A stretch of DNA of 64,000 nucleotides from Atractiella rhizophila (Eukaryota), in assembly GCA_021432655.1 (NCBI GenBank), contig MU271216.1:62001-126000 (forward strand), given 5' to 3'. Every line of letters starts with the position of its first letter. Positions within the stretch are counted from its first letter, which is position 1. The position numbers and the translations under genes are program-made. Of this stretch, positions 50,971-64,000 are shown piece by piece. Under the pieces are notes generated by a model. That model was not told where the DNA came from. It searched no databases and saw only the letters and a program-made list of their open reading frames with translations.

Positions 50971-52592
50971 TTGTGTCTTCTCTGTGAAACTCTTCCAATT
51001 TTCTGACAAAGTATGTAGAAGAGCTACTTCCAAGGACATTCTAGATCCTACCTTACGGAGCGCTGCCAGGTCCTCAGTCCAACCTCAAAATGAGCTTGCG
51101 AAGAAATCTGAAACCAGTAAGGTTTCCACCCTCCACTTGACCGCTGTTCAAGGTATCATCAGCTATTCTGTCTTGCGATTTAAACGATAATCCCACATCT
51201 CCCATGACCTCCATCGCCAGTAGCTACAGGTTACAGAATCCTACTATCCCCGATGCTAATGGTTTGTCTACTTCTCTCGATCACAAGCTCACAGCAACAG
51301 CTAAAGTACCTTTGCTTTGAATAGGCTCGTCATGCCTAAGTCAGATTCAGTCAGGACCGACAGGTGGCATTTCTACTGAAGGTGTCAAGGGGATGTCGAA
51401 ATCAGTTTGTCTTTTCCCCTAGCTCAACCAAAGGCCATTCTGATGTTCTCGAAAGGCGTTAACGGACAGCGGGTCTGTCAGTGTGTGGAATGTCAAGTTG
51501 GAGATTCCTGCTCCTGGTAGGACTTTGCATGCCATTTGACTAAGTCGATGTACACTAACTCATGATGCACAGGCAGTCCTGTTCCATCTTCTGCAGTGCC
51601 ATTCACCCAGAAAACTGTGCTACCGGCGCGGTCATTTGGCAATGCCATGGCAGTCAACAACGTCGTTGCAGCTTCCGCTTCTCTACATGCCAAGGTTCAT
51701 TATTTCTTTGATTAACACGTGGATAACAGGCATGTGTAATGTAGGCAAATACGGGAGGAGCTGCCGTCTGTGCACCACCATCAGTCAAGCGGATTCAAGG
51801 AGGGCGGTTAGGTCTAGCTTCGTCTTAAGGCACATGAGGCTAACAGACCGCATTGTTCAGTGAGATGTATCGGCGCTCTCGAATCGAACAATGGGAAAGG
51901 AACGTGCTGATGGCAGCAACATCTTGGAACCGAACTGGAAAGAGGAGTACAAGCGACTTTCTCAATCTGAAAAGCAGGTGAGGTATTGTTACTATCCCAC
52001 AAATCTATTCGCTTACTAGTAACCGTTTCAGATGTGGAACAAACGATACAAAGACCTCAACGCATCACTTCATGATCATAGCACGACTCCTGTCATTGTC
52101 TCCTCGACGACGGAGGGACAGTTATAATATGCTGCAAGACAGACTGGTATGGAAAAACGTAGAAGAGTTGGGAAGATGGGTTTCAGAGGTACCTGCAGGG
52201 GATCTGATGACGGAGGAGGTGCGCACGGCCAGGAAAGAGGGGGGAGGGGGTGCAGGATAATACAGGGAAATGCAGCTATTCACAATCTATACATTTGATT
52301 TAATTCTATTATACATTCTCAATATGTTTTCTGCTTCGCGAAAATCCAGGAAATAATCAGCAACCCAGGCCATAATTTTCGGTGTTTCCTGCATATTCCA
52401 GCAGGACGGAAATTGTTGTAAAAAGGTCGGGAAATGTCGACAAACGAGGGAAAGGACTTTTGACAGGGGCTTAACTCCAGTTCGAAAGTCGATGCCTATT
52501 TTAAAGGCCGCCTGTCCAAACGGCTCAACTTCCTCTCCCTCCGTTCTCCAGGACTGACATTCGACTTCGTACCCAAGAGTCATGTCTACGCT

Positions 52593-53000
52593 ATGATCCT
52601 TGACGGAAACATCGCACTTGACGAACAGAGGAGCCTCATCCGTGCCAGTCCTAAGCTTCAGCGCCTCCAGCTCGTTCTCCAGGTGACTGTCGATCCGTCT
52701 CTGCTGCAGTTGTACAGCGAAACGGACATCGAACACCTAGCTCTCGCATGGCACGGTCTGGCCAAGAGCTCACACCCCTATTTCGCAGTCCAGAAGCTCG
52801 CGACACAGTTGCATGACGGCGGGTTCAAGGCACTGCGCTTGCTGGAGATCTCTCATCCTTCTTTCTCCGCTTTTGAGGTCCAATCTACAGCATCTAGGGC
52901 TCGATTCTTGAACGCTGGAGTGAAGGTTCGGATGTTGGATGTCGGTGAGAGGAATGAGACGTGGACACCCTCCGTTTTGAACTTGCCAATCTCTTTCTGA
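52593..53000 (+). pseudogene. LRR-like (F-box-associated type) C-terminal fragment
   Basis: SPKLQRLQL, IEHLALAW, ALRLLEI periodicity. No N-terminus found. Confidence 0.3.
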
Positions 53001-54289
53001 AGATTGGGTACGAGTTGAAAAATGGAGTGTTGCACTATCTCTCCACTTTGTCTCGTTCATTTGTGTGCGATAGACGCGAACATTGATACAAATCCGTGCC
53101 ATGCAAGATATCGTTTCCTCATTCCATTGGAGCTGGCGGCGCCCAAAGGCGTGGGAACAAAGGGAACCAAGGTTTGGTCTTTCAACTTTGGCATTCTTCG
53201 GTATTAAAGATGCGTCCATGTATTCGAAAAAACAACTTCTCCATCCACTCCTCTGACAAGTCAAACAAGTTGACAAGCTTCCTTGATTTCGATGATGAAG
53301 TTTACACTGATTGTTCCTCCTAATATTCCATCGACTCATGTCCACCTTTGACGATCATAGTGATGATATGTCATCGTTCCCAACCCATTCGATTCAATTC
53401 TCTTTCCAAGATTTCTTGCTGGAGTCCTTCGCTCACCCTCGCGCTTGCGTCCACACGGAGCGATCTCCAGCTCATTTGGGTACCGTAAGGATACTTAACC
53501 CCTCTTATGCTCTCGAGGAGGACAACATCGCAAAGTCCAAGGGGAGATTGAGACACAAGTTGTCCTCGGCCAGTTCTCCAAAATCTTTCAAAAGCAACAG
53601 GCCATCGCTGTTCAGAAAACAGGTCCTGCCAGAAGAATCTCGTATCGTTTCCAAGCACCGTCGTCGCTCCATCTCGCAACCCAATGTTCACCTCAAACTG
53701 TCCGGGCACAGACAGTCTCAGGATGTTTACAGTCCCACATCTCCGTATTGCGATGATCACACAACTCAGTCTTCGTACGCATTCCATTTCTACATCCACA
53801 GGATCACGTTTTGATTGCCATCTCGATAGAATTGTAAAATCTCGAAAGCAAAACATCTCTGTTCAACTCCGATTCGAAACTCAGTCTCGTCTTCACCGAG
53901 GACTCAACTGTCTCCAACTTGTCTCTCAACCGGAACGATCACCGTCATCACCTATACCCCACTGAACCGCAGGATATATTGCAATCCACTGCCCGTGTGG
54001 AGAGCCGATCCAGAATGGGAACCCCCCTCACGGCCAAGGAAGAGTACAGATGGTACTTTTTGTTTCCCCAAAAAAGGAACTGGAACTGTTCCCTATAATA
54101 CTCTTGGTAAACGAATGAAGATCTTGGGTCTTGGTTTCGTCTGGGTGTCTCTCGCTTTGATATACACATACACACACACATAACTATTAGCTATATCGAT
54201 ATCACTTGTTTTGTGCTCTCTCTTGATTCGAATATTCACCGTCTACTTTCCCTCTCTCCTTGAGCTATCACATGTATCTACCCCCTAAC

Positions 54290-54835
54290 CTGATGATTCT
54301 AGCAGCAAAGAATGTGGATGTGCATGGCATCAATAATCACTTGATTCAGAGTTCGAATCCACAGGAGATTGGATATTACAGTGCAGATCAAATTATGGAT
54401 GACAACGCAGATCTCAGAAACAGCTTCTGGGTCGAGTACCTGAATAACCCTGGAGATCTCTGGATTTCCTTCACATTGTTTGCACCTCAAGACTGGTGCA
54501 CCCATCATTCTTCTGTGAAAACCTCAATCCATCTGCTGGCCTGTGCAACAGCACATGCATCATTGTCACCCAGCTTCTCCAGTGAGTCATCGAAGCAAAA
54601 ATTATTACAGGTGCACAAAGTGGCGAATCAGTTCTCATTCGTCGAATCGGCATTGACAGTACAGTATCAAGCTAGCTTCCTTTTCAATTCCCTGTGCACT
54701 TAGCATTTGCCTTAACTCTGAATAAAGCACAAGGACAATCTGTTGAACATGTGGGTTTGTTCTTAAAGTCTTTCTCCTTTCTCTCATGGGCAGCTTTATA
54801 TCAGTATTTCACGTGTTTCAAATGCAAACAATTTA
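54290..54835 (+). mobile_element. Degenerate Helitron PIF1-helicase C-terminal fragment
   Basis: ILAAKNVDVHGINN, VEYLN, GAPIILL, NLNPSAGLCN, LAFALTLNKAQGQSV, HGQLY across shifted frames. Confidence 0.85.
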
Positions 54836-56299
54836 CGAGCAGGTCAGAGTGCAAAAAGAAGTCTCTTGTTGCAGTTGAACAGAGTGAGTCATGGCACTAC
54901 ATTCAGGACCCAGGATCCCGGGCTACACATTTTGGTCATATTCTGTCCATCATTGAGTCTTGGAGACGGGTGTACAAATGCACATTCCGTCCATCAGTGC
55001 CAATTGCCAGACAATACAATACAATCCCCATCCCTATGCATGGCTTTAAGGATGACAAAATGTGAGGCAAAAAGCAAAATTATGTTCAGTTTGTACATAC
55101 ACCAACTACATCATTGTGCAAACTTGATACCTTACCAACTTACTGTGAGTAGGTAAGGAAAATCATGCTCAAAGTGATAAAAAGTTACTCGACTTAGTTA
55201 TGAAAATAATATTTTTTCGACTTTCAAAAAAGCTTTGCTGTGTATGGTTCGAAAGGCACTGACATATGTATTCTGGTGGTATGCTCAGAATTTTGAAAGG
55301 GCCCTTGTGGGTGGCGCTATAAGTGCTCAAAAGTACATGCGTGAGTCATGCTCAAAACCCTTTATGCTTTTTATCGTACTCTTTCGATTAGAGTGGACTG
55401 TAACGTGTAATGCCAACTGGATTCCAGTCCACTATTTTGGGGCATGTAATGTGCGGCCATTCCATAAAAGGTAAAAGGTAAGCAGGCCAACAAAGTTCAG
55501 TAACGCTGAGGTCACTAGCTCCACTCGTTGTGTTGGGAATTTGGTCATCCTCAGATGGCTTCCCTCCCACACATACTTCTTTGCAATTCACTTCTCTCCC
55601 AAACAACCATGGAAATCTTTCAGTGTATTTGGACAGTGTATGAGGTAACAAAGTGTGCACCTATCGTTATTTCATGGTTATGGGCTTGTTTGCAATTGGG
55701 CATTCAATTTCTCCTTCATTCTTTCTATGCTTCGTTGATCCTTTTTCTGGAGTATGCATGAGTACCGAAGCAGAACACATGAAGGAACACATACACAATC
55801 TTGTCAGCCTTCTACATCCCCTTTGTGTTTCTTCTTCAGTGGAGAGTGTTGAATGATGAGGTGATCCTAATATTGAAGCAGTCGTCATTTTGTATGCTTT
55901 CCTCAATCCATTTTCTTGCTCACAAGCTCTTCTTTTGAGGGAAGTGATTTGGAAAGAGGTTCCCAAGTAATCTCACACCCTCCAGTCCCTTCCACTTGCC
56001 ATTTATCACTTCCTTCATCAATGAAAGAGTAGAGGGTATGGTCTTCAAGTTGTGCTCCCACACTCCATCGTGTCTAATGTATTTTTCCCCATCCGCCTCA
56101 ATGCAGCCGGAAGAGTGGCCTTCAAACTCCATTTGCACTAAAGATACCAGCGGGAATTCAAGTGCGCAGACATTCTTGTCGTCCATTAATTGCGGATGAT
56201 CCTCTTCCATTTTTACCTCCACCTCCTCTTTTGGAGCTTCAGATGCCACTGTAGCTTCATTTAAACCCCACTTTCCACCTTGCCTCCCACCAGCTGGGT

Positions 56300-56685
56300 C
56301 TGTCATGATACTTGAGTAAAGCTCCGGGTTGGAAGACCAGAGCAGTTCAAGAGCTTTGATGGAATCAGCGCCATGAAATGATTCCACTGGGAGGTTGAGA
56401 TTGAGCATAGGCAGAGTAATCATGCATTGCTGACATGCAGATTCTCTGAGGAGTGTCGTGAATCCAAGTTCATTCCATACATGCAGAAGCTGACTGATGG
56501 CAGTGTCACGGAGGTGTGGAAGAGATGTATTCAACTTGACCTCACTTGGGTTCCTCTGTTGAAGCCGTTCCATTGCTTCAGTAATTCGGAACTGCATGGC
56601 TTTCTGCTTGGTACCATGTTTGAAACTCTTCTGCAGCCTCACATCGGCGGGTTGAAAAACAGAAGTGCAGTTTGCAGGAACAATC
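56300..56685 (-). mobile_element. pogo/Tc5-type (DDE_1) transposase C-terminal fragment
   Basis: IVPANCTSVFQPADVRLQKSFKH is the P-x-x-x-T-x-x-x-QP-x-D motif, followed by a helical tail. Confidence 0.7.
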
Positions 56686-56689
56686 TATC

Positions 56690-57100
56690 GATGTCCAAGT
56701 TTGAACTGGATTGGAGGAAAGAGCTCAAGCTCCAGATACTTCTTCAAACCTTTCGGCATTTGAGCTTGTAACTCGTTCTTGACATACTTCTCCAATGCCT
56801 TTGGAACCATTGTTGACAAGGAGAAATCCCTGATCTTGGACGGATCTATCTTCCACTTTTTTTCACGAAGATAGGCTTGAAGTTCCTCACAGTGTTCTGG
56901 ATCATTGAGAAGGGAATAGGTCTTGGCATGCCATCCTATCTCATCATATTAACTTGAGGAACAAGATATCTGAAACTGACAAACCTCTGTTAGAAAGTAG
57001 AAGCTTTCCTGTGTTTTCAAAATGATGTGCCCATGCTTTTATATTCCTGCCACCGTAGTTCTCACTAAAACGATGGGAGAGCACTGCTATTTTGGCACAC
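56690..57100 (-). mobile_element. N-terminal fragment homologous to the transposase at 25.8-28.4 kb
   Basis: YGGRNIKAWAHHFENTGKLLLSNRG...KTYSLLNDPE...MVPKALEKY...PKGLKKYLELELFP versus YGARCIRLWASHFEETGELPVSNRG...KTYTLLNDPE...MVPLALEKY...PKGLKEYLEVELFP. Confidence 0.8.
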
Positions 57101-58219
57101 TTTCTTCTGCTTTTCTTTCCCGACCATAAGAGGTTGTAAAATGATTCCAGCGCACAACATCTCCAGTTCTGAAGATCGGTAAGGAAATTACCACGGTTAC
57201 AAAACTTCTCAATCTCTACTACTAACCATATGAATTCCTACTAACCATTAATCCGTCGCTTCTCTCACTCTACTTTGGTGATATACTAAGGGGCAGGAAG
57301 AGTATAACCAACACCAGTGGAAGGGGGAGTGCAAGGTAGTTGGGGCAAGGAGATGATTCGGAAGAACATGACCAGATGCGTTGTCACTAGAGATGTCGAC
57401 GAGTTCGGTATTCGCGGGTACTCGAGCCACGGGTATTCGCACACAACGAGTTATGAAGCAGCAACCTTTGGCTATCTTGTGGGACGGATACTTGTCGTGC
57501 CGTGCAAAGGCTCTGCACGAATCAGAGCCGATGTTTGTGTGGGTACTTATGACGGGTACCTGCACCTCAAGGTTAAGTTTCAAGCCTTGCGGCCTTCTTG
57601 CAGCTTGCAGTCTTCTTTGCAGAATGACCGTCGTGCATGAAACGACAACGCCAGGAAGGAAGCACCTTCATTTTGACAAATGAGCGTCACCAAGGACTTT
57701 AGGCCACAGCAACTCAACCTCCAGTTTTCTCCCATCGACAGTGCTCCCTCTCATCACCAATGAGCTACATTTCGAGCCCCTGCGTGGTTCATCTTTCGAA
57801 GTTGGACAAGTTCTTAAAGTCCTGTGAGGTCCGTGATGTTGGACAGCATGCATATTCACTTGAAATTTCCAGCTCTTCCATTACGTTATGTGGTGGTACG
57901 TCTCTTTTACAAAAGCTTCGACTTGCTGTGCCTGACTTGCAGCTTAATCAGTGTTTCTACGCTGCTATCATATCTTCTCTTGAAACTGACACTCAAGCTT
58001 CAGAAGATGCCACCTCTCTTACATCTCCCGCTATTCCCAGCTCTCAGATCAAATCAAAACCCATCGCTCCTACTCCAAAAAGGTGAATGTCGAAGAAGGC
58101 TTATGACCCTTCACTCGAGTCTGATTGGGACCTTTCTGACAATGAAAATGACTTCCGTACGTCCCTTCAGCTCTTTTGATGATAAGATCTCATTTTGTTA
58201 ATGTGCATTTATGTGACAG

Positions 58220-58770
58220 GTTGCCGCAAGCACAGTTGGGTTTCAGAGAAGACAAAAGAGCTTTACACTCATTTTCGCATTGAGATTGCGTGGGATTTGA
58301 AGGGGTACAAGCGGCATACCCTCTCAGGAGAGTTGTATTTCGCATACTATTGTAAAGAGTAAGTATTTATTTCCCTTAGTTCATTTGTTATCATGAGGCT
58401 AATGTAATGATTCACTTGTAACAGGTCACCAGAAGGTCCTCTGCTCCTACATGCAATCAACGATGTTATGACCACCAACCTTCGTAAGCACTTCAATAAG
58501 TGCATCCTTGACCGACATCCCAATGCAAATAGCGACATTCGATCCGCTCTTAGCTGCACTTATACCTGAGCCGCCTTCCGCATTCTGTCGACCGAATGGA
58601 TTGTTGAGAGTGGACGGCCCTTCTCAATCCTTCAGGACCGAAAACTTCAAGGTATCATGTACATGCTTTACAATGGTGTCAACATCCATGGCCAGACAAC
58701 CGTCTCTTCGGATGTTAAGCGATCCTATGAGCTTTCAAAGGACGCTGTTGGGGTAAGCTTGGTCACAAGA
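58220..58770 (+). mobile_element. hAT transposase 5' fragment (BED-like finger and following helix)
   Basis: TTNLRKHFNKC, EWIVESGRPFSILQDRKL, TTVSSDVKRSYE. Confidence 0.65.
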
Positions 58771-61282
58771 AAGTTCAAGCTCTCCTGCAATATGCGTCAA
58801 TTGACCTCAGGCTCGAGTGACGTCAAGCTAACTGACCAAGAGGACTCACTCGTGGAACCCCTTCTCTTTCGACGACGTCCCGTCCATGTAGTAAACCGTG
58901 ACAAGATATCGGATCTTAGTAAGCCTGCAGTGCGAGCCACAAAACGTTCCGGGGCTGCAAGGCGTTGCCTATTTGTGAAACTTCAATCACCGTAGCCCGC
59001 CGCCGTTCTTCCAATTATCAAGCAATACATGTAAGAAAGAAATAGATAAGAGATCACAAGACTAAATGACCTTCTTGACGAGAAATGAGAATGCGCCAAG
59101 TGTGGCAAACCCTACAAAGGGAAGCTGCGCTTTCAATCCGTTTTTTTTCGTCGCATTTTCTCTTTTCTTCTTTGTATTTTCCCAATTAATATTTCATTGT
59201 CCCAGGTTCTCCAGCTTGCCCTCTCCCCGTCCCCTGACGTCCATCACCTTCCACCTCCTCGTGCCCTCCCCCTGCTGTCCTCCCTCCTGTAGAGTGCATA
59301 AGAGCAATAGGGTCCACCTTGTTCACTTTCAGCCCGCCCATGATAGCCTCCAGATCGTCCTGGACCTTCTGATGCGTTTTTTGATTGAAATCGAAGAGGC
59401 CGCGAGAGCTTGTTTTAGTCGCTGCACAAGGTTATTGAACGTCAGGGTCTGTATCCCACCAACCGTCGACATCGCCGTTTCATCTTATCACACACGGCGA
59501 GACAAGTGACAAACCTGAATGTCCAACGCCTCTACTAGCCCCGCGACCTCCGGATCCCAAAGGACCCTTCTCCGCATCCTCTTCCGGTACAGGTGCCAAT
59601 CTACTCTTCCTCCGTCCTTCTCTCTGCCTTGGGCTGACTGACGACTGTCTCCGCTGATCTCGGTGTTGAATCAACATCCTTCACTGGGCCAGGTTGGAGG
59701 AGCGAGGCATTGAGGAGGGTCTTTCTGCCCGAGCTCAGGACCATCAGAGGTAGGGGTAGTGACGCTGGTGGACGAGGAAGAGGGAAGGGAAGCGAGTGCC
59801 GATAGGCGCGTGGAGAAGTCTTGGTATGTCTTCACGGTCGCGTTCCGCACTTTGGACTCTTCGTCGATTCTTCCGTGAGAAAGGCGTTCCTCAAGAGATT
59901 CCGAAAAAAAGCGACGCACAGGTTATATCTTTATCAACTAGTCCTTCAGGTCCAAATTGAACGCGTCCAAAGATTTTGGCCTAGATTCCTCTGCTGAGTT
60001 CTGGGCGTCCCCTATCCACGACAAAAGTCACTCGCTCGCTCTGTAACAAAGGAACAAAGGAACGGAGGTTTCCTAACCAACTCAAATCCACTCTATTATT
60101 TGTGACACGCTGCAAATGTCTCTCTCTCGCCTACAGTGCCACCTTCTTCGCCATATCCCTCAACTTTGTAGACGCAGGAATGGCTGAGAGGTCGTCGGGT
60201 TTCCGCATCCTCCCCAAGTCACGATCGTCACGAGTGAGCGCAGCTGTACAGCCGGTGGATCAATCATGTTCAAGTGTCGATAGAGAGACCCACATCTATC
60301 GCGAGATGGGGTAGCAGTAATCGTCCCAATCCGATGAACACACTGAGCCCGTACTCCACCTCACAATGAACTAAGATAAGGAGTGGAAGGTGCACCCATC
60401 GAAGCCGCTCCAAACACTGCTCATCCTCTTACCCCTCAAACTCAAACTCTCTCCCTTCCCAGCACCACCCCCGCGCCATCGTTCCCTCCTCGAGCTCCAC
60501 GCTTCGAACCCTCCCTCTCCCATCAACGCCGCATTCCGCCGCATTTTTGGTGCCTCCACAACTGGGGCCGCTTGTGAGAACTCTGCGGGATCATGCGATG
60601 TGGAAGTGGAGCAGTCCAGATAGTAGAAGTGTAGTAAGGAAGAGGGTGCTATGCGGGACAAAGACCGGTCATGGGCTGTCTTTCCTCTCATTGCTGCTCC
60701 CGCTCTTCCTCCTCTCGCGGCGGAAGAAGAGGCGGTGCCATCCGTGTAGCTGCTTGGTGAATACGAACGCATTCGATGTCCCTTCTTCCTTTGCAGGAGC
60801 TGTGTTGGAAGTTGGAGGAGGTGGAATAAAAAGGGTGAAAGCAGAGTAGGAAACGAGAAAAGCACAGTAAGTTTTGCAAATGTCTCCACTAAAGTTTCGA
60901 GAGCCTTAGTACGCTGTCAAAGAACCGTGGAGCCATTGCATTCAATGTGGTTATCGTGAAGCATGGCCGGCCTAGACGGCTCTCCTATCTTCAGGTGAAG
61001 AGATATAACTGTGTCCTAGATCTACTGCTCTAGAGTCTCCGTCCTATCCCTAGAAGTGCCCCAACATGTTCTCTACAGTACGGTGCCAGTTGTACCTGAC
61101 TGAGATAGTCGTGCGCCATAACCCAAGCACGGGCACCGCATCGTGGAGCCTCCACCTGGTATGGCGAGAGTAATGCAGATCCTCTGTCATGTTGAGTGGG
61201 TTCTTACAATTATTGTATGCACAGGCCCATCAGTGCCCCCACCACTAGATTATGTGTAATGGTTAATCCTCCTTGTATAAAA

Positions 61283-64000
61283 CAAGTGTGTCAGTGCCCT
61301 CGTCCCTCGGGCATCCCCCCTGCCAGGGGCTTCGCCCTTGGACCCCAGCCTCCAGCATCCACTGCATGGAGCTCTTGCCTCTGGCAGCCACTGTGTGGGG
61401 GCCTTGCCTTCGGCAAGATCAGAGTTACACTTGTCCTGCAATTGTCAAGTGTGAAGAGTATTATCAGTCTATTTGCATACGTTCTTATAGATTCAAAAAC
61501 TTCTCTATATACTACATTCTCAGTTTTCTTATTCTCAGTCCCTTCCACTTGATGTAAATAAACTCTAAGATTCTTCACATTTAAAGCTCTTAACAGTCTG
61601 ACATAAAGTTGTCCATGAGCAAACACAGGGGTGTCCAAGTATAGGCCGACAGTCTCAACTGACTGACCCTGTGACTTGTTGATAGTGAGGCAGAATGCTA
61701 ACTTGATTAGGAATTGAAACCGGCATAGGACAAAGGGAAATGAATTGGAGACTTTGCTATCCAAAGCAATGTGTGGAATGAGAACTGAGTTGCCTGCGAA
61801 TGCACCTGTGACAATTGTCGCCTCGATGATGCGAGAGAGTAGCTGGGTGACGATCAAACGTGTACCATTATAGAGCCCAGCAGAAGGGTTGAGGTTTCGA
61901 ATGAGGATGATAGGGGCTCCAACTTTGAGATGCAAGTGATGAAGAGGAAGGCCTGTAACATTGAGAGTATTAAGGTACTCGACCGTAAAGCCTTGCTGAA
62001 CATTCTCATTGTCATCCATCAAACGATCAGCACTGAGATAAATTCGTTCCTGTCAGGAGATAAATCTTCAGATAAGCTGATCGTTTATCAGGTCGACATC
62101 AACGTTTCGGACAGTGAGGACCATGTGCTCTTGGAAGTATTGCCTCAGTTGATCACGATATAGGTCTTTAGTTACGGTGTTAAGCTCAGGATAGATGTCA
62201 TTTAAGAGACCTTACAGGCCACGTGATTATGGGATTATTGTTCCATCCTTCATTGTCAATGGACCACAACCACAGTCATCTGGGTTATCAGTTGCATCAT
62301 TTCCAACTGACAGCAACCAATTAGCAAAGTCAGAAGCGATAGCAAAGTCATCGGCTGCTCGGTGACGGAGAAGACGCATGTTGACTGTGAGAGGAAGAAT
62401 CCTCACTGCTAGCCAAAACGGACTGTTGATGACACATGCATCAACAATCTGTGCACGTGAAGCCTTGGGAATAACAGAGAGACACTGTCACATGTCACCT
62501 AATCTATTTATCAGAGGTGAACTCTTTGAATTATCCCACTTACCACCTAGAACAAAAATTACTCCGCCAAAAGGCGCATCTACTTTACACATATCTCTCA
62601 GCATCCGATCGACTGCCTCAAAGCACCAACGATGGCTCATACCCACTTCATCCCGTATTATGGATTCTGCCTCACGGCAAAGTTGTCCATGATCACTCTG
62701 AGCCTTAACACCACAGATTGAATCTGCTTCGAGGTCCAATGGTATTCGAAAGCGTGTGTGGGCAGTTCGTCCTCCTTCCAACAGGATAGCAGCAATGCCC
62801 GAGGAGGCCACAGCGAGTGCAATCTTCCCAGTCGAACGAACGTTGGCAAGTAGTAAGTTTTCAACAAAAGTCTGTCCTGTCCCTCCTGGCCCATCAATGC
62901 AGAACAGATCTCCACTTCCCTCTTCCCAAGCTGCTATGATGGTGTCATAAGCATGCGTTGATCCTGATTGAGCACCAGCAGCTCCCTGTTGAGATGCTCT
63001 TGAAGTTGCAGACGATCATATGCCAACTCTTCACCAATTATCCTTGTCTCACCCCCCCATCTTTCTAACCTCTCTGTCGGTTGCGGTAGTCCAAAATCCG
63101 ACAGAGACTTAGTGTGAGCCTGTAAGAGATCTTCAATCTCGAGGGGACAGAGACTGATGATTTGTTCTTCGTGTGGATTGGCTGTGCTGTACTTTGTTTG
63201 CAGTAAGCGTTTGCAATCATCGCTAAGTTGTTGATGACGGTTGTCCCATAACCTTCTTGGTTCACTTGCCACACCAAAAAGAAGGATATAGACAAAAAGA
63301 GACTGCATAGCATGACCATTCTTGACTGAGCTGGCTTCCTCAAGGCAAAAGTCCCATTCTTCATCACTTTCTAAAAGTCCTAGAGCCACACATGCAGCCT
63401 TAGATGTTTCATAAACCCTTCCCTCCACAGTCTGAACATCCTCAAAAAACTACCTTGTGTAAGAGAAGTTGGAGGTAGAAAAGCTCTCCTTGCAATGGTG
63501 CAACAAAGTAGATCCTTCCAATAGCTTCTCCTCTCTGCCTGATTTTCCATGAGCGTGTGTTTGATTTCCAAGTAAGGTATTGAGGTGCTTTTGGATACAT
63601 CAAGTCCTCAGTAATGTCGCGGTGTTCCTTGCAGAAGTCAAAAAATTGGGTTAGTGTCGTCTTGCTAATGTTTGGCCTGGAAAGGATATCGTTGAGGGAC
63701 TCTTCATCTGGATTGAACATGATAGACTGTTGATTGGGAAGGTGGATGGCTAATCGCTTGACTATTGGAAAATGGTGATGCAATTGAAAGCGGAAGATGC
63801 GGTAACAGGCTAAGATATATGTCAGACAATCTAAAATATGGTCTCAAAACTGCTTACCTTCAGAAGATCCAATGAATCTAGCATCGAGATACTCTTGGAT
63901 CTCATCCACCTCTTAAGCAGCATTGCCCCTTGTATCACAAATAATAGCTTGGGCTCGATCATAACCTTTATATATGTATTTGAAGAGATATTTCACAGAT
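61283..64000 (-). mobile_element. Helitron RepHel (end of Rep region plus PIF1 helicase), degenerate, running off the window
   Basis: VKYLFKYIYKGYDR, YLDARF, VKRLAIHLPNQQ, DGPGGTGQT, ASSGIAAILLEGGRTAH, LKVGAPIILIRNL, TINKSQGQS, HGQLYV, TENVVYREV. GC-rich hairpins at 61295-61345 lie near the probable 3' end. Confidence 0.92.

Noticed and set aside
57317..57683. Short overlapping ORFs upstream of the hAT fragment
   Set aside because: No family or splice support recognised.
59066..60889. Several 100-170 aa ORFs on both strands
   Set aside because: Low complexity or mutually overlapping, with no assignable domain.

Overview
Eukaryotic DNA, most likely from a basidiomycete fungus (inferred from short GT/GC-AG introns and the gene and TE families present). 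The window is a transposon-rich accessory region with one 26-N gap (16465-16490). TE content: several hAT transposase relics, two Tad1-like LINEs (one with a clean 15-bp TSD, nested in a hAT end), a long-spacer IS630/Tc1/mariner element plus a second fragment fused to a pogo DDE_1 piece, a PIF/Harbinger pair, two Helitron pieces and a Ty3/gypsy scrap. Host-type genes are mostly broken: a Chk2/Rad53-like kinase, an F-box/LRR gene, a Zn2Cys6 TF and a Rap/Rsr1-like GTPase. Two things stand out. (1) About 14.33-16.46 kb is a mirror block. It makes sense only when complemented without reversing, and then it encodes a clean multi-exon Rap/Rsr1-like GTPase that is invisible to six-frame translation. 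This is most likely an assembly or gap-filling artefact hiding a real gene. (2) An apparently intact five-exon Crinkler-type gene (ubiquitin-like CRN header, PD-(D/E)XK-like nuclease, protein kinase) lies at 44413-46862, with a decayed, oppositely oriented paralog about 10 kb upstream. All calls come from reading motifs by eye; no searches were run.
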